Positions 12,472-24,520 of a stretch of DNA of 64,000 nucleotides are shown piece by piece. The DNA comes from Lytechinus pictus. Taxonomy: Eukaryota. The stretch covers positions 29,700,001 through 29,764,000 of the forward strand of contig NC_087251.1 of the NCBI RefSeq assembly GCF_037042905.1, read 5' to 3'. The notes under the pieces were generated by a model. The model saw nothing but the letters and a program-made list of their open reading frames with translations, was not told the DNA's origin and made no database searches. The translations under genes and the position numbers were made by a program. Positions within the stretch are counted from its first letter, which is position 1. Each line of letters opens with the position of its first letter.

Positions 12472-14068
12472 CAGGGATAAAAATGAGAGTATAGATTGGA
12501 CTTGATTTCCAGTAAGTGACATGCATTGCGGATAGCTTTTGGAAATTAGCCGCGGATATTGTCATTGATACACTGCACTGCAGAGCATAGTGTGATCGGT
12601 CAATCGCAGCCTAGCCGTAATTTGGATGACGGATGAATGTGGCTTGTTGAAATGAACGCTTTGCAGAAGCCTCACACCGCTCATGCCAGCCTATGTTGAG
12701 ACCGAGTTATGTAGTGTCTACAGCCCATAGCATAGGCATAACATTGACAATTGTTGTAAATTATTGCCTAGCCCTAGATGTTACTGGTAGTTGACATTGG
12801 ACTATTGACATAGCAAATTGGAGCCAACTTCAAGCCCGAAGTCTCCAAAGCAGCCCAGCCCAGCAGCAAGCAACAGAGCCCAAGGACCAAGCCGATCGAG
12901 GACCCAGCCGAGACCTCTTTTGCCAGGTTCAGCCCAGACGGTGTTGCATTCATTAGTCAAGTCCAGCCAAGCAAGTTTTGAGTCTGCAAGCCAGGACAAA
13001 GTTGTCGTGCCAAGAAGACTCAATACAAATTCAAGCCAAGCTGCATAATTAATGAATGAAACAGAAACAAAACATCAAAGACTTTAAAGACTTTTTGATG
13101 GACTTATTATGAATAATAATAAACACAGCATTTATTTATTATGTACCGTGACTTAATCAAAGACTAAAGGTAAGATTAAGACAAATTAGTCCAGGTCCAA
13201 AAATACATTATATGGTTGTAATTGCAACGTGTTGGACTAAAGAATTGGTCGAAACATAGATCTGGTCTAATGTAACAAAGTACCGTACATGCCCTGGTGA
13301 GTTGTTACACTGTCACTGGTCCAATTAATTAGGTAGTATTTAGATTTAGGTCATTAAAATAGCAATTATAGATCTAGGTCTAGAACCATCAGGACCAAGC
13401 CCAAGACTGAATTGAGATCTGATGTTTATACAGTAAATAACGATAAACTTAAGCCGAGTTTATGCCGTAGTCATATAGCAAATTGGTCCAGTCAACTGGT
13501 CTAAGACTATGCAAGTAGGATCAGGCCTATGAAATTTAGGACCAACAAGAAGTTCCAGGTCTAAAAAGCAGGACCAGGTATAATCTTATAAGCAGGTCTA
13601 AAGTAGGACCGGGTCTCTGAGTTATAGGACCAAACAAGGTCCAGGTCTAAAAAAAAAACAGGACTAGGTCTAATCAGTTGTAGGACTATAACTTAGGCCC
13701 AAAGTGTTGATCGATTATAGTCTAAGACTTAGCAATTAGGACCAGGACCCAGTGCCTATATTTGCTATGCAATTGAATAACTGCAGCCCCACGACATGGG
13801 AGTAGTCCCACATATACCAGTTGTGTGTAGTGATATAGTATTGTCAATCGTTGGACTATATATGTCGTTCTAGCTTTGTTTCAGGTATACAATAATGCTT
13901 TGTATAGGCATTATGTACTAAGAAAATAAGCTTTGCTTACGCGCAATTGCAAGATCAAAATCATATTTTATGATCAATAAGTCTTGATATACTTAGTGTT
14001 ACAGCTACCTATTGTGTAGTCACAATCAAGTTAACAGCTGAATTTTGTACAACATATGAATCAAAATT

Positions 14069-17000
14069 ATGGCAAGCCAACATATAGGTAGTGTGCCCAA
14101 ACTGAGTGATGGGTACAATTTTGACGAATGGCTTGAACTCCTAGAAGCATGGTTTGATGCTAACAATATACAGGAAGATGGGAAAAGAAGGGCAATATTT
14201 CTGACCAATCTTGGTAGCAAGAGCTATCACATTCTCAGAGCTCTCTTGCAGCCGAGTAAACCAATAGATCAAACATACACAGTATGCAAAACTACGCTTA
14301 CGTCACACTTCGTACCAAAGCCTACCGAAATTGTTCAGCGCTATAGGTTTTACACTTGTGTGCAAAAGCAAGATGAGTCCATACCGCAATTTGTAGCAAA
14401 TTTGCGCCAATTAAGCGAAGGCTGTAATTTCAAAGAATTAGATAACATGATTAGGGACCGCTTAGTAGTGGGTTGCCGGGATATCGCAATTCAACGCAAG
14501 CTGTTAAGTGAGTCGTCCCTAACCTTACAACATGCACTTCAGACCGCCACAGCTATGGAGGTAGCAGACAGAGATGTTGAAAAGCTCAAAGTATTAAGTA
14601 AAGGGACCGAGTCACCTACAGTTCAGAAGATGCAGGACAGAAGCCAGCATAAACCATTTGTGTCCTCATCGCGTAAAAATACACATCAAAGACAGAAGCA
14701 GGACATGCAGGAAAAGCCTCAAAAGCCAAGCCAAAAGAAACAGGAAAAACCTGCCTCAAGATGTTGGAGATGTGGTTCAGGTGATCATGGCCAGTCAGCA
14801 TGTAGATTTAAGGATGAGAAATGCTATCAGTGTTCTCAAGTGGGTCACACCCGCAGCCAGTGTGAGAAGATCAAGCAATACAGATCTAGAAAGAAATATG
14901 CAAACCACTTGAATGGTGAGGAAGGTGCAGAACTGATAGAAAACATGCCTAGTGGAGAACTCAGACACCTTAGGGGTGGAATGGTAAACAAGATGGCAAA
15001 GTACAGTGAACCGTTCCAGACTAGCCTAAGCCTAAATGGGATCCAAGTTAACTTAGAAATAGACACAGGAAGCCCCTGGACGATGATGTCGCAGCAGGAT
15101 TTTCATAAACTGGGACATCGAGCTGATGTGAAGCAAGCAAATGTTTCCTTGAAAACATACACAGAGTCATCAGTACCAATCATTGGTGAGGCAATGGTAG
15201 AAGTCAAGTTTGATGCCAGCCAACCACCAAAGAAGTTGACACTTCTTGTAGTTGAGAAAGGTGTTGCGTTACTGGGCCGAGACTGGATGCAAGCCGCACC
15301 AGAAGGAATCTACAGATTCCTACAGAATCGCCTCAACCTTCAAACACATGTTTCCAACAATCCAGAAACCATGCATAAGATACAAGCTACCTTACAAGAC
15401 ATGTTAGTGAAGCACAAGCAAGTGTTTGACTGTTCAAAAGTTGGTAAACTTGAAGGCTACCAGGCAAAGGTGCATCCTCAAGATGATGGAGATAAAGCCA
15501 GGTTCTACAAAGCTGCACCAGTCCCATATGCAATGCGCCAGAAAATTGACGAAGCCATCGATGAGCTACAGGACCAAGGCGTGATTGAGCCGGTGAAGTT
15601 TGCTGATTACGCATGTCCTATCGTAGTGGTGAAGAAACCAAATGGTAAAGTCCGCATATGTGGCAACTATAAGTTGACAGCAAATAAAGTTCTAAGGGTG
15701 GAACGGTACCCAATTCCGTCGCTCCAGGATATGCTCCAGGACTTAGGTGGAGGTCAACAGTTCAGCAAGCTTGACCTTTCACATGCATACCACCAGATAG
15801 AACTTGATGAACAAGCAAGGAAGTACACCACAGTAAATACACACAGAGGACTTTTTCAGTACACTAGGTTACCCTTTGGTATAGCCACAGCCCCTGCGCT
15901 CTTCCAAAGAGCAATGGAGTCACTCTTAGCTGACATACCAATGTGTCGCCCGTATCTAGATGATATTATAGTTAGCGGGAAGACAGATGAAGAACACATT
16001 GCCAACTTGCAAGCTGTACTGCATTGCCTAGAGAGTAATGGACTTCGACTGAAAAGGGAAAAGTGTGAGTTCATGATGGACTCGGTGGAGTTCCTTGGCC
16101 ACAAGCTGGATCAACATGGAGTTAGCCCACTCCCGGACAAGATAGAAGCCATAAAGAAGACTCCAAGACCACAGAACCAGAGTCAACTACAGGCATACCT
16201 AGGACTTCTGGGCTACTATCGGAAGTTTATACCAAATTTGACCAAAGAGATCGCCCCACTAATAACACTGTTGAAGGCAGAGTATGCTTCAGTGCCAAAG
16301 AAGCAGGGAGACCGGAACAAAGCAGATCCAAACCTGAAGTGGGGAGGAGACCAAGAAAGAGCCTTCCAGAAGTCAAAGGAACTGGTTCAGAGTGACACAG
16401 TGTTGACACACTATGACCCCAGTAAGCCTTTGTTGTTGCAATGTGATGCAAGCCCCTATGGTCTAGGTGTAGTCCTCAGCCATGTAGGAACAGACGGTCT
16501 AGAGCAGCCCATTTCATTTGCATCACGCACGCTCACTAGAAGTGAAGCAAATTACGCCCAATATGAAAAAGAAGGACTCTCTGTCATTTTCGGTTTAAAG
16601 AAATTTCACAAGTACCTGTACGGAAGACGATTTACAATCGTCACAGACCACAAGCCGCTGTTAGGCATATTCGGTGACACCAAACCTGCAAGCCCCATGG
16701 CCTCTGCACGGTTAGCCAGGTGGCACATGATCCTCTCAGCCTACGACTATGACATCATATACAAGGAAGGTAAACAGCACCAGAATGCAGACGCCCTTTC
16801 ACGCCTACCCTTGGCAGATGATCAAACAGTGTGGTCGCATCAGAGTCTTGCAGAGCTGGATGAGCAGCCGCCAGTTCAAATCAACATGCTGGATATTGAC
16901 ACAAGACCAGTTGAAGCCGATGAAGTCAGAAGAATCACCAAAAGGGATCCTGTTCTCGCAAGAGTAACAGCCTATGTGATGAATGGATGGCCAAACCCCA

Positions 17001-18346
17001 AAAGCGTTCCACCAGAGCTCAAAGCCTTTGCGCAGAAGAAGGAGGAACTCTCGATTGAGGATGACATCATATTATGGGGGCATAGAGTGGTCATTCCAGA
17101 CAACAAGCAGATGAGACAAAGAATCCTTGATGAACTTCATGGGACTCATCCAGGCATAGTCAAGATGAAAGCACTTGCACGATCCTTTGTATGGTGGCCA
17201 GGCATCGACAAAATGTTGGAAGAGAAGGTGAAGACCTGTACAACTTGTCAGGAGCACCAGCGAAGCCCACCACCTGCCCCTATCCACCCATGGGAGTTCC
17301 CAGAACGTCCCTGGAGTAGGATCCACATCGATTACGCCTACATCGATAACCAGAACGTGCTGATTGTTGTTGACGCATACACCAAGTGGATTGAAGCTAT
17401 TAGAGTAGCACACGCCACTGCAGCTGCTACAGTCACTGCCATGCGACGCCTGTTTGCAACGTATGGTATTCCAGAAACAGTCGTAAGTGACAACGGCACC
17501 CAGTTTGTCTCTGAAGACTTTTCGAACTTCCTGTTCAACAACAATGTAGAACATGTGCAAACAGCCCCAAAACACCCTTCCAGCAATGGCCTTGCGGAAA
17601 GGGCTGTGCAAACCTTGAAAAGTGGAGTTAAGAAAACCAGTGGAACATCATTGGAGATGCGCATCCAAGTATTCCTAATGACCTATCGGATAACTCCACA
17701 AGGAACTACCATGAAAACACCAAGTGAACTAATGTTCAAAAGGAGGATCAGAAGTAGAATGGATCATGTCCGTCCGAACCTGCACAAGTCGGTTCAGAAG
17801 CAGCAATCTGCAATGAAACAGGCGGCAGACAAGCGCTCAAAGATGAGACAGTTCAAGTTGAATGATACTGTTCTGGTGAAGAACTTTGCAGCCGGACCAA
17901 CTTGGCTCAGAGGAATAGTAACCGAAACACTCAATGAAGTCATGTACGTGATAGAGTTACAGGATGGTAGAGAGGTACGCCGCCATGTGGATCACATTAG
18001 ACTTTACACTCTATCGCATGGAAATGATCATGACAAGGAAGAAATGCCTGATCAGAACACCAATCTACAACCAGAGATTCTGATTCAACAGACGCAGTAT
18101 CCAAGCCAGACAACAGAAAATCCCAATATGGCACCTAGTACTAGCGAATCCTTAATTTCAAACACTGAACAGAGTATCGCTGATACTACAGCCATGTCAC
18201 AGCAGGTCCAAACAGAGTCACTAAGTGATTCTGATGGAGCTGTCATGCCAAACATGCCAAATACTAAAGTCATGTCAGAAAGACGAATGTCCAACCGGAA
18301 GTCAAAGACACCCTCAAAGTTAAGAGATTTCATTGTATATCATTAA
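14069..18346 (+). CDS. Gag-Pol polyprotein (1425 aa)
   Basis: Two CCHC knuckles (CWRCGSGDHGQSAC, CYQCSQVGHTRSQC), protease IDTGS, RT YLDD, RNase H (CDASPYG...TDHKPL), integrase HHCC and D-D-E (IHID, SDNG, LAERAV); no stops or frameshifts. Confidence 0.97.
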   Translation: MASQHIGSVPKLSDGYNFDEWLELLEAWFDANNIQEDGKRRAIFLTNLGSKSYHILRALLQPSKPIDQTYTVCKTTLTSHFVPKPTEIVQRYRFYTCVQKQDESIPQFVANLRQLSEGCNFKELDNMIRDRLVVGCRDIAIQRKLLSESSLTLQHALQTATAMEVADRDVEKLKVLSKGTESPTVQKMQDRSQHKPFVSSSRKNTHQRQKQDMQEKPQKPSQKKQEKPASRCWRCGSGDHGQSACRFKDEKCYQCSQVGHTRSQCEKIKQYRSRKKYANHLNGEEGAELIENMPSGELRHLRGGMVNKMAKYSEPFQTSLSLNGIQVNLEIDTGSPWTMMSQQDFHKLGHRADVKQANVSLKTYTESSVPIIGEAMVEVKFDASQPPKKLTLLVVEKGVALLGRDWMQAAPEGIYRFLQNRLNLQTHVSNNPETMHKIQATLQDMLVKHKQVFDCSKVGKLEGYQAKVHPQDDGDKARFYKAAPVPYAMRQKIDEAIDELQDQGVIEPVKFADYACPIVVVKKPNGKVRICGNYKLTANKVLRVERYPIPSLQDMLQDLGGGQQFSKLDLSHAYHQIELDEQARKYTTVNTHRGLFQYTRLPFGIATAPALFQRAMESLLADIPMCRPYLDDIIVSGKTDEEHIANLQAVLHCLESNGLRLKREKCEFMMDSVEFLGHKLDQHGVSPLPDKIEAIKKTPRPQNQSQLQAYLGLLGYYRKFIPNLTKEIAPLITLLKAEYASVPKKQGDRNKADPNLKWGGDQERAFQKSKELVQSDTVLTHYDPSKPLLLQCDASPYGLGVVLSHVGTDGLEQPISFASRTLTRSEANYAQYEKEGLSVIFGLKKFHKYLYGRRFTIVTDHKPLLGIFGDTKPASPMASARLARWHMILSAYDYDIIYKEGKQHQNADALSRLPLADDQTVWSHQSLAELDEQPPVQINMLDIDTRPVEADEVRRITKRDPVLARVTAYVMNGWPNPKSVPPELKAFAQKKEELSIEDDIILWGHRVVIPDNKQMRQRILDELHGTHPGIVKMKALARSFVWWPGIDKMLEEKVKTCTTCQEHQRSPPPAPIHPWEFPERPWSRIHIDYAYIDNQNVLIVVDAYTKWIEAIRVAHATAAATVTAMRRLFATYGIPETVVSDNGTQFVSEDFSNFLFNNNVEHVQTAPKHPSSNGLAERAVQTLKSGVKKTSGTSLEMRIQVFLMTYRITPQGTTMKTPSELMFKRRIRSRMDHVRPNLHKSVQKQQSAMKQAADKRSKMRQFKLNDTVLVKNFAAGPTWLRGIVTETLNEVMYVIELQDGREVRRHVDHIRLYTLSHGNDHDKEEMPDQNTNLQPEILIQQTQYPSQTTENPNMAPSTSESLISNTEQSIADTTAMSQQVQTESLSDSDGAVMPNMPNTKVMSERRMSNRKSKTPSKLRDFIVYH

Positions 18347-19231
18347 AGCTATACACGATAGCAGCTTTAAAAAAAAAAAAAAAAGGAAAAAAGCTGTTAA
18401 CATGATTGTAAATAATGTTGGATATACAGTTAGGAGAAACACTTAAAGCCACGTTAAAAGGCTTCTAGTTGGTATTGATACTAATTTGTAAAGAAAAGGA
18501 AAGAGGTATGTTATAAATTGGTAATTCAATTTGATAGTTGAATGATTAAAAAAAAAAAAAAAAAAAAAAATAGAGGGTGGAGAGAAGAATGAAGTTCTAT
18601 AGGTAGAGAGAAAAAGTGTTACCTTTAAATTTGATATGGAGGAAAATAATGACAATCACAAGTGTTGTAATCTTGAAAGTTTGTTTATTGGAGAAATATG
18701 AAAAGCACATAACTCGCATTCATATAGTAAACTAGTCTGAGATTTAGATTTTAGCCGTTATATGAGTCGTGAAAATTGTATTTGGAGTCATTCACGAGAT
18801 ATTATTCATTGATGCAAACACATTTATGCAAACTTATTGATAAGGTTTAGTATATGATACAGTCTTAAGGATTACATTATTATTATATCCTGATTCATGT
18901 GATAAGAGTCACACAGTTTATGCTAGTGAACAATTAACAGATAACCCAATGAAGTAAAATGCCACCTGTAGCTATTTCTTTATAAAGTGAGATTTAGGAT
19001 GAAGTATATTCAAAGAGGTTAGTTTGAAATAGCCATGTATGTTTAATTGATTATGGTTAATTGTTGAGTATAAGCAAAGTATTATGGCGAAGTTTAGCCT
19101 AGCATGCCTAGTTTAGTATTACTGTTATCTGGTTACAAGTTATACAGTGTTACTTGTTGTATCTATTGTTATACTGGGTAGTGAATGTATTACATTAGCC
19201 AGTTGAAATGAAGCAGGATATGCTCCCAATT

Positions 19232-19244
19232 AAAAGGGGAGGAA
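19232..19244 (+). other. Polypurine tract
   Basis: AAAAGGGGAGGAA immediately before the 3' LTR. Confidence 0.9.
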
Positions 19245-19415
19245 TGTGATGTATGAACTGAAGACTAATGACGCAATCTTCATGAGCAGCCTTGTACGCA
19301 TGCGCGACAGAGAGCAAGATGGCGTAACATTAAATGGCAGACACTACTCTACATCGCTGTGCTATTATCTCATTATTATGTATCCCTTTAAGAACCACAA
19401 CACGAGAACATAACA
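19245..19415 (+). repeat. 3' LTR
   Basis: Identical to the 5' LTR; followed by the TSD GTTAT. Confidence 0.97.
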
Positions 19416-19954
19416 GTTATGCTATGTTATGTTATACCGAGGTTTTTACCTGACTGCTAAGAAAGCACGAATTCATGTTAGTGTCATTTATAGTACTCCA
19501 TCGGAAATAGCATTTCGGCTTTCATGGTTATCCTGTCAATGTGTTCTTTCCAATTATTGTATTTCGCATCTTGTGCACTATTCTTGACGAATAAAATCAA
19601 TCAATCAATCTTATGACTGATGTCGGAGTATGATCAATTAAGAGTGAGCAACGTAAACCTATTTGGTGGCAGGGACATTTTTTGTAATTTTCATATTTTT
19701 ATGGTATTTTTTATATTCAACCAATATCCAGAGTTTCTCCATTCAATTTTTCAAATATATTCAATAGGGGAAACATTTATTGGATTGGTTCATTTTGCTG
19801 AAAATCAATGTCACAGATGGACGTTGATTAGAACATATATTTCAGTTATATCTATACAAATCTTTAAAAAGTATTATTCAGTCATAAATAAAGACTTAAG
19901 AGATTACTTGGGAAAACAAAAAAACAAAATATGGGAAATACATGTAATCTTTTC

Positions 19955-21397
19955 CAGGGGCGTAACAGGGGTCGGTGGCCAGGGGGGGCAAGAGCCAAAA
20001 ATTTCCCGGTCATATCATGGTATGAAAGGCGTAATGGTGTAATGAGGCGACGATTTTGAGAGGGCCAGATATTACGTATCGGGCAAAATCTATCTTTTAA
20101 AAAAAAGTTGCGAGCGAGCAAAATTTTTGACATTTTTAATACAAAATCCAATTTTGTGATAGATTTTGACATGATATCCAGAAAATGATATATTTCACTT
20201 TTCTCTCTCTCCATTCCTCTTTTGTGGTCTGTATATACGCCACTGTGAACAGGATTCTTTGCGGCAGTAGCGTGAAGAGTACAACAAAACGAGGGGCGCA
20301 GTATGGCGCATGTGCTAAAAAGCTGCTTGATATAAATCCCGAGCCCAACCCTTCCATACTTATATACGGCAGTGCGGGGCGGAGCCCCCGGAACTTCTTG
20401 ATATCAAAGCCATTTAAACCTCGCAGATTGCCGCTATTTTTAATCAAATCGCGGGTATATACAGAATATAGCTTTTACACAACACATTTATTCAACCCAG
20501 TTGCGTAATGAACTGAATATTTTAAGGGGGCAAAACATAGCAATGTGAGAAAATTTGCATTAAAAAAAAATCGCCAGCTAGCAAAGCGAGCTGGAAAAAA
20601 ATTGCCTATTAAAATTGAATTCTAATTATGTGATAGATTTTTCCATTATATTCAGCAAATAACACATTTCATTGTTTCCATTCATTTCATTATACGTTGT
20701 CTCTAATTTCTTTTATTTCCTCTTGGGTGTGGAACCAAGACATCCCCCCCCCCCCCGCCTGTACGCCAGTGATTGAACTTAAAGCTTAATTAATGTAGGA
20801 AGGGTCCCTACATTGGGACGTTATAGAGCAATTTGAAGGTTATAGATGAAGAGCCCCTACTGCGTGGTGTCTGGGGCAAAGCCCCGGTAGCTTATTTGCA
20901 TAAAATTTAGCAAGCTTATAGCACAATGTTGTCTGCTGTCCACCTTTCTACCCGCTCTTTATTTTCAATAATCGGCGGCCCGGTCGTGTTATTAAGTTTT
21001 TTCTTGTCCCTTTTCTTTGTTTTCCAATTTAGCTTTTGACTAATTCCATTTTACCTTCGTTTCCCGCTATTGTTTGCCTTTTTGTAATCTTTTAATTTAT
21101 TTCCAATCATGCTATTGCATTACATAGGCCTATTTCGGAATGATTTCTTGTTTCTCAAATGTTCTCTTTCGTTCTTTTTCCCGCTTTCCTTCCTTTTCCA
21201 TAAAACAGACATTTTTTTTCTTCGTTTTCTTTTCACTTTTCCCTTTCCTTTTCCTCCTTTCCTTTTCCCCTTTCCTTCCCCTTTCCCTTTCTTTCTCCCT
21301 CCCTTTTCTCTTTTTCCCGCTTTTTTATTTTCCCGGTGAAATCCGCCAGGGGGGCAGTTTGCCCCCCCTGCCCCCCCCCCCGCCTGTTACGCCACTG
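19955..21397. mobile_element. Non-autonomous hAT-type element
   Basis: TIRs CAGGGGCGTAACAGG / CCTGTTACGCCACTG; perfect 8-bp TSD ATCTTTTC (19947-19954, 21398-21405). Confidence 0.85.
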
Positions 21398-21842
21398 ATC
21401 TTTTCCTATAAGATAATTATGAAACATTATCCGTCCGTGACTGAATAAATATTCCGGTTTTTTTTCTCTCTCTTTCCTGTATTAGCTGCAGAAATGATTT
21501 TAGGTAATGCTCATTGCTCACTATGATGAAATCTTTACTAGCCTACAATATATACTTCGACATCACATACACATTTAGTGAATAGGAATTCGAAATCGTC
21601 GTGAAGGGGTAGGCCCCCGCGTAGGCCTACTGGATGATGTCGTGTTTTTCAGTGACAATAGTCATAATGATATAGGAATATGTGACTTTTTTTTTGCTTG
21701 TATTGATTGGAATCATTCTGTGTTGTGTTTATGACCATTATGCAGCTGGAGTGGGGGGGGGGCAAATGGTGTTAATATCAATAAAAGTTTTTCTGACAAA
21801 AATGAAAAACAATCTGAAACAAATAAATACCAAAAAAATTTA

Positions 21843-22052
21843 CACAGTAAAAAAAAGCATTGTTTAAGCCTGTCACTCTAAGAACAAGTTGTTAAAACTT
21901 TTTTTGTTATTGTTTTACCTTTTTAAACAACTTGTTTAAAAGTTTAAACAGTTGTTTAAAAGGTTTAAACATTTTTTTTTGTTTAAACAATAGTTGTTAG
22001 AGTGACGGGCTTAAACAGCGTGCTTAAATTTTTAAACAGCGTTTTTACAGTG
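21843..22052. mobile_element. Short palindromic MITE (CACAGTAAAAA ... TTTTTACAGTG)
   Basis: Inverted termini and internal TGTTTAAA repeats. Confidence 0.55.
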
Positions 22053-23417
22053 CAATAAAGCTTATGATTCTATATAAAACTGTCTTATATTGTCTACATG
22101 GAAATTTATAGGCCCTACTTTAAAATGTTTCTACATCCTGCAAAAATTGCCATTTTAAGGCAAAAGGATTTTATGCTTAAAATTTATTAGCATTATGAAA
22201 AAAGGTTGAGAGTTTTAGCTAGCTTAATACTCTCCATAATATATAATTATGACTTTGAACCGTCCCATCTCCAGCGCTCCCGTGCCTCTGCCACCCTTCC
22301 TTGCCTGACAGATATGCCAGGTATACCCCCCTCCGTTCTGCTCGCATGTTTTCAAATTTTACCCCCCCCCCATGCATGATCTTGGATCCGCCCCTGATGC
22401 AGACAATTTAGCATACTTTATATTGTTATACGTTTTCGATTCCACATCAAACCACTCTCCCTCTTACGATCTTTGCACTCTCTCAAGCACACAAAATCTT
22501 TTAAAAACGCAAATTTCCCCCTGCTACCTTTTTCATTTTCTGTCAGTGTCTTTCTCTTTTCATCTTTCTCTCATACTCTCGTTTCTTACACGGTCTTCCC
22601 CCCCCCCCACCTCTTAATATATTTCCTTTTTTTTCATTTTCTTTGTTTCTCTCTCTCAAAAAACTTGTATGATAAAATGACTATATTTTGTGTATCCCCT
22701 GAAGAGAAAAGAGAAACAAATCTACATAAGTCATGATTTTGACAAAGCGGGAAAGGCAGGCGCGTAGCCATATGGTGGTGGGGGTGGTCGCCCCCACCCA
22801 AAAAAACAAAAAGGGAGGAAAAAGGAGAAAAGGAAAAACGAAGGAAGAAAAGGGAAGAAGGGTATATAGCTTTAATGTTTTCCCTTCTTATTTTTGTCAA
22901 AAGACTAAACATTTAAATGCGTCGTTCTTCTCTATCTTCATAAAAAATATGGGACTCGTGTATTTCTTGCCAGAAATTATAAAATATACATTGACTTAAA
23001 ATATGAAAAGTAACTTTTTAAAAGTGCATTGAAACAAATTTCCGCTCTTCTGGTCAGAGTGGGTAAACATTACCGCCACTCCCCGAGTCCGCATAAGCTA
23101 TTTTTGCTTTTCAGCAAGCAATTTTTGGCAAGTATCTGCTCAAGGGGACAGGCATTAAATTCACACCGTGCTATATGCAAAGGTATTATACGATGAAACT
23201 TTATTCTACATCGCTGTGCATCCATCTCCGGTCTTGTTTTGCAACATTAGTTTGAAATCTTGAATATTTCTGTAGTGTCTTTATTACAGATTTTTTTTTC
23301 TTCCAATATACATCACAGATGTTTCCGTACGCGTGCATGGGAAAGAAAAATCCCTTTTCTAGCTCAGTGCATCATCCCTTTCACATTTTGAGCCCCTTTT
23401 TTCATAATTGAGTTATA

Positions 23418-23877
23418 CAGTGCGTCCCCCCAAAAAGGAAACCGGGATTTCCATGTCTTTTTTCTTCAAAGGCAAATAAATTATGATATTTTATTTACAT
23501 AATCATATGATTCAATTATCCCTCTTTATTTTAATACCTAATATGTGACGAACACTTTACGCATTAATAAGCAATATTAGTTTGAAATTTCAATGTCAAA
23601 ACCATGCAGGTTGCGCAGAAATATTGGTTCCTGATACGACAAATGTGCTTATTCGACGATTGGATCATTCGCATTTCTTTTGTATTCTTTGTTATAATTC
23701 CCTCACTGATCCCATGCCTCAGTATTATTGTAATCATGCCATGCGTGAACAATTTGCCAAGCTGTTGGTTTCAAATTAGAGATGAAACTATTGCCCTGAG
23801 TATCAAATTTACATTAAAATCATATTTAATAATTGTAAAATCTATCTCTGAAAACGGGTTTCTTTTTTTGTGGGACG
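23418..23877. mobile_element. Degenerate Tc1/mariner-type MITE
   Basis: Left end TA-CAGTGCGTCCC and right end ...GGGACG; termini related to 49007-49826. Confidence 0.55.
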
Positions 23878-24164
23878 TATAGAGCAGGTTAAAGTTCCAG
23901 AGAAATTTCAAAATTTCAGAGCATTAACGCCATTGGCGGGAAGGAATATTACCTCTCTACATATCCGTCTTCTACTCTGGTTTTGCGAGTGTTTAATGTT
24001 AAGATAGATTAATTCAATTTCCTCAATCTTTTTTCGTATTTGAATTTCTTTCAAAAGCATTTTTTTTATCAGCATTCAAAATGAATTCGAGTTGACAAGG
24101 GTACTAGAGACGCAAGAGACGTCTTCTTTTATTTGTATTTGATGAGACATCAAAAACTCCCTGC

Positions 24165-24520
24165 ACCCTTCCGTCTAGGGAGCGCGCTTCTCGCGCTCTG
24201 TAGGTGATGGCCAGGCCCCCGAAGCTCCGCCATTTTGTTGGAGACATTTGGGCAAATCCTAAGCCCCCATTTGCATATACATGAATAATTCATCAGTTCG
24301 CTGCTCCACACATCCTAATAGATTCTTTATATGACGGAGCAGAAAGTAGAGATCAGCGTCACGCATGCGCATTGAGCGAGGTCAACTTTGCGTTAATTAT
24401 TCATGAAATTTAATATATTCATCACGTGATTAATCTACTGCTTACTACTATTGACCAATCAGCGTTCTTCACTACAATGAGTCATCATGCATGCATCGTT
24501 TTTCAATCCGTGTATAGAAT
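24165..24520 (+). promoter_or_regulatory. Recurrent promoter module, copy A
   Basis: CTTCCGTCTA, GCCCCCGAAGCTCCGCCATTTTGTT, TAAGCCCCCATTTGCAT, AGGTCAACTT, CCAAT and TATAGAA; the first four are collinear with 35735-36050. Confidence 0.6.

Larger units (their letters stand above)
12284..19415 (+). mobile_element. Full-length Ty3/Gypsy LTR retrotransposon, Mag-like
   Basis: Two identical 171-bp TG...CA LTRs, 5-bp TSD GTTAT (12279-12283, 19416-19420), PBS, PPT, and a single gag-pol ORF in PR-RT-RH-IN order. Confidence 0.97.

Noticed and set aside
12818..13048. Small ORF in the retroelement leader as an accessory gene
   Set aside because: TTG start, low-complexity S/P/Q content, no recognisable motif.
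14026..18333. Antisense and alternative-frame ORFs overlapping gag-pol
   Set aside because: Expected shadows of a long ORF; no independent evidence.
23205..23222. 15-bp match to the LTR (TCTACATCGCTGTGC)
   Set aside because: No flanking similarity; too short to call a solo LTR.
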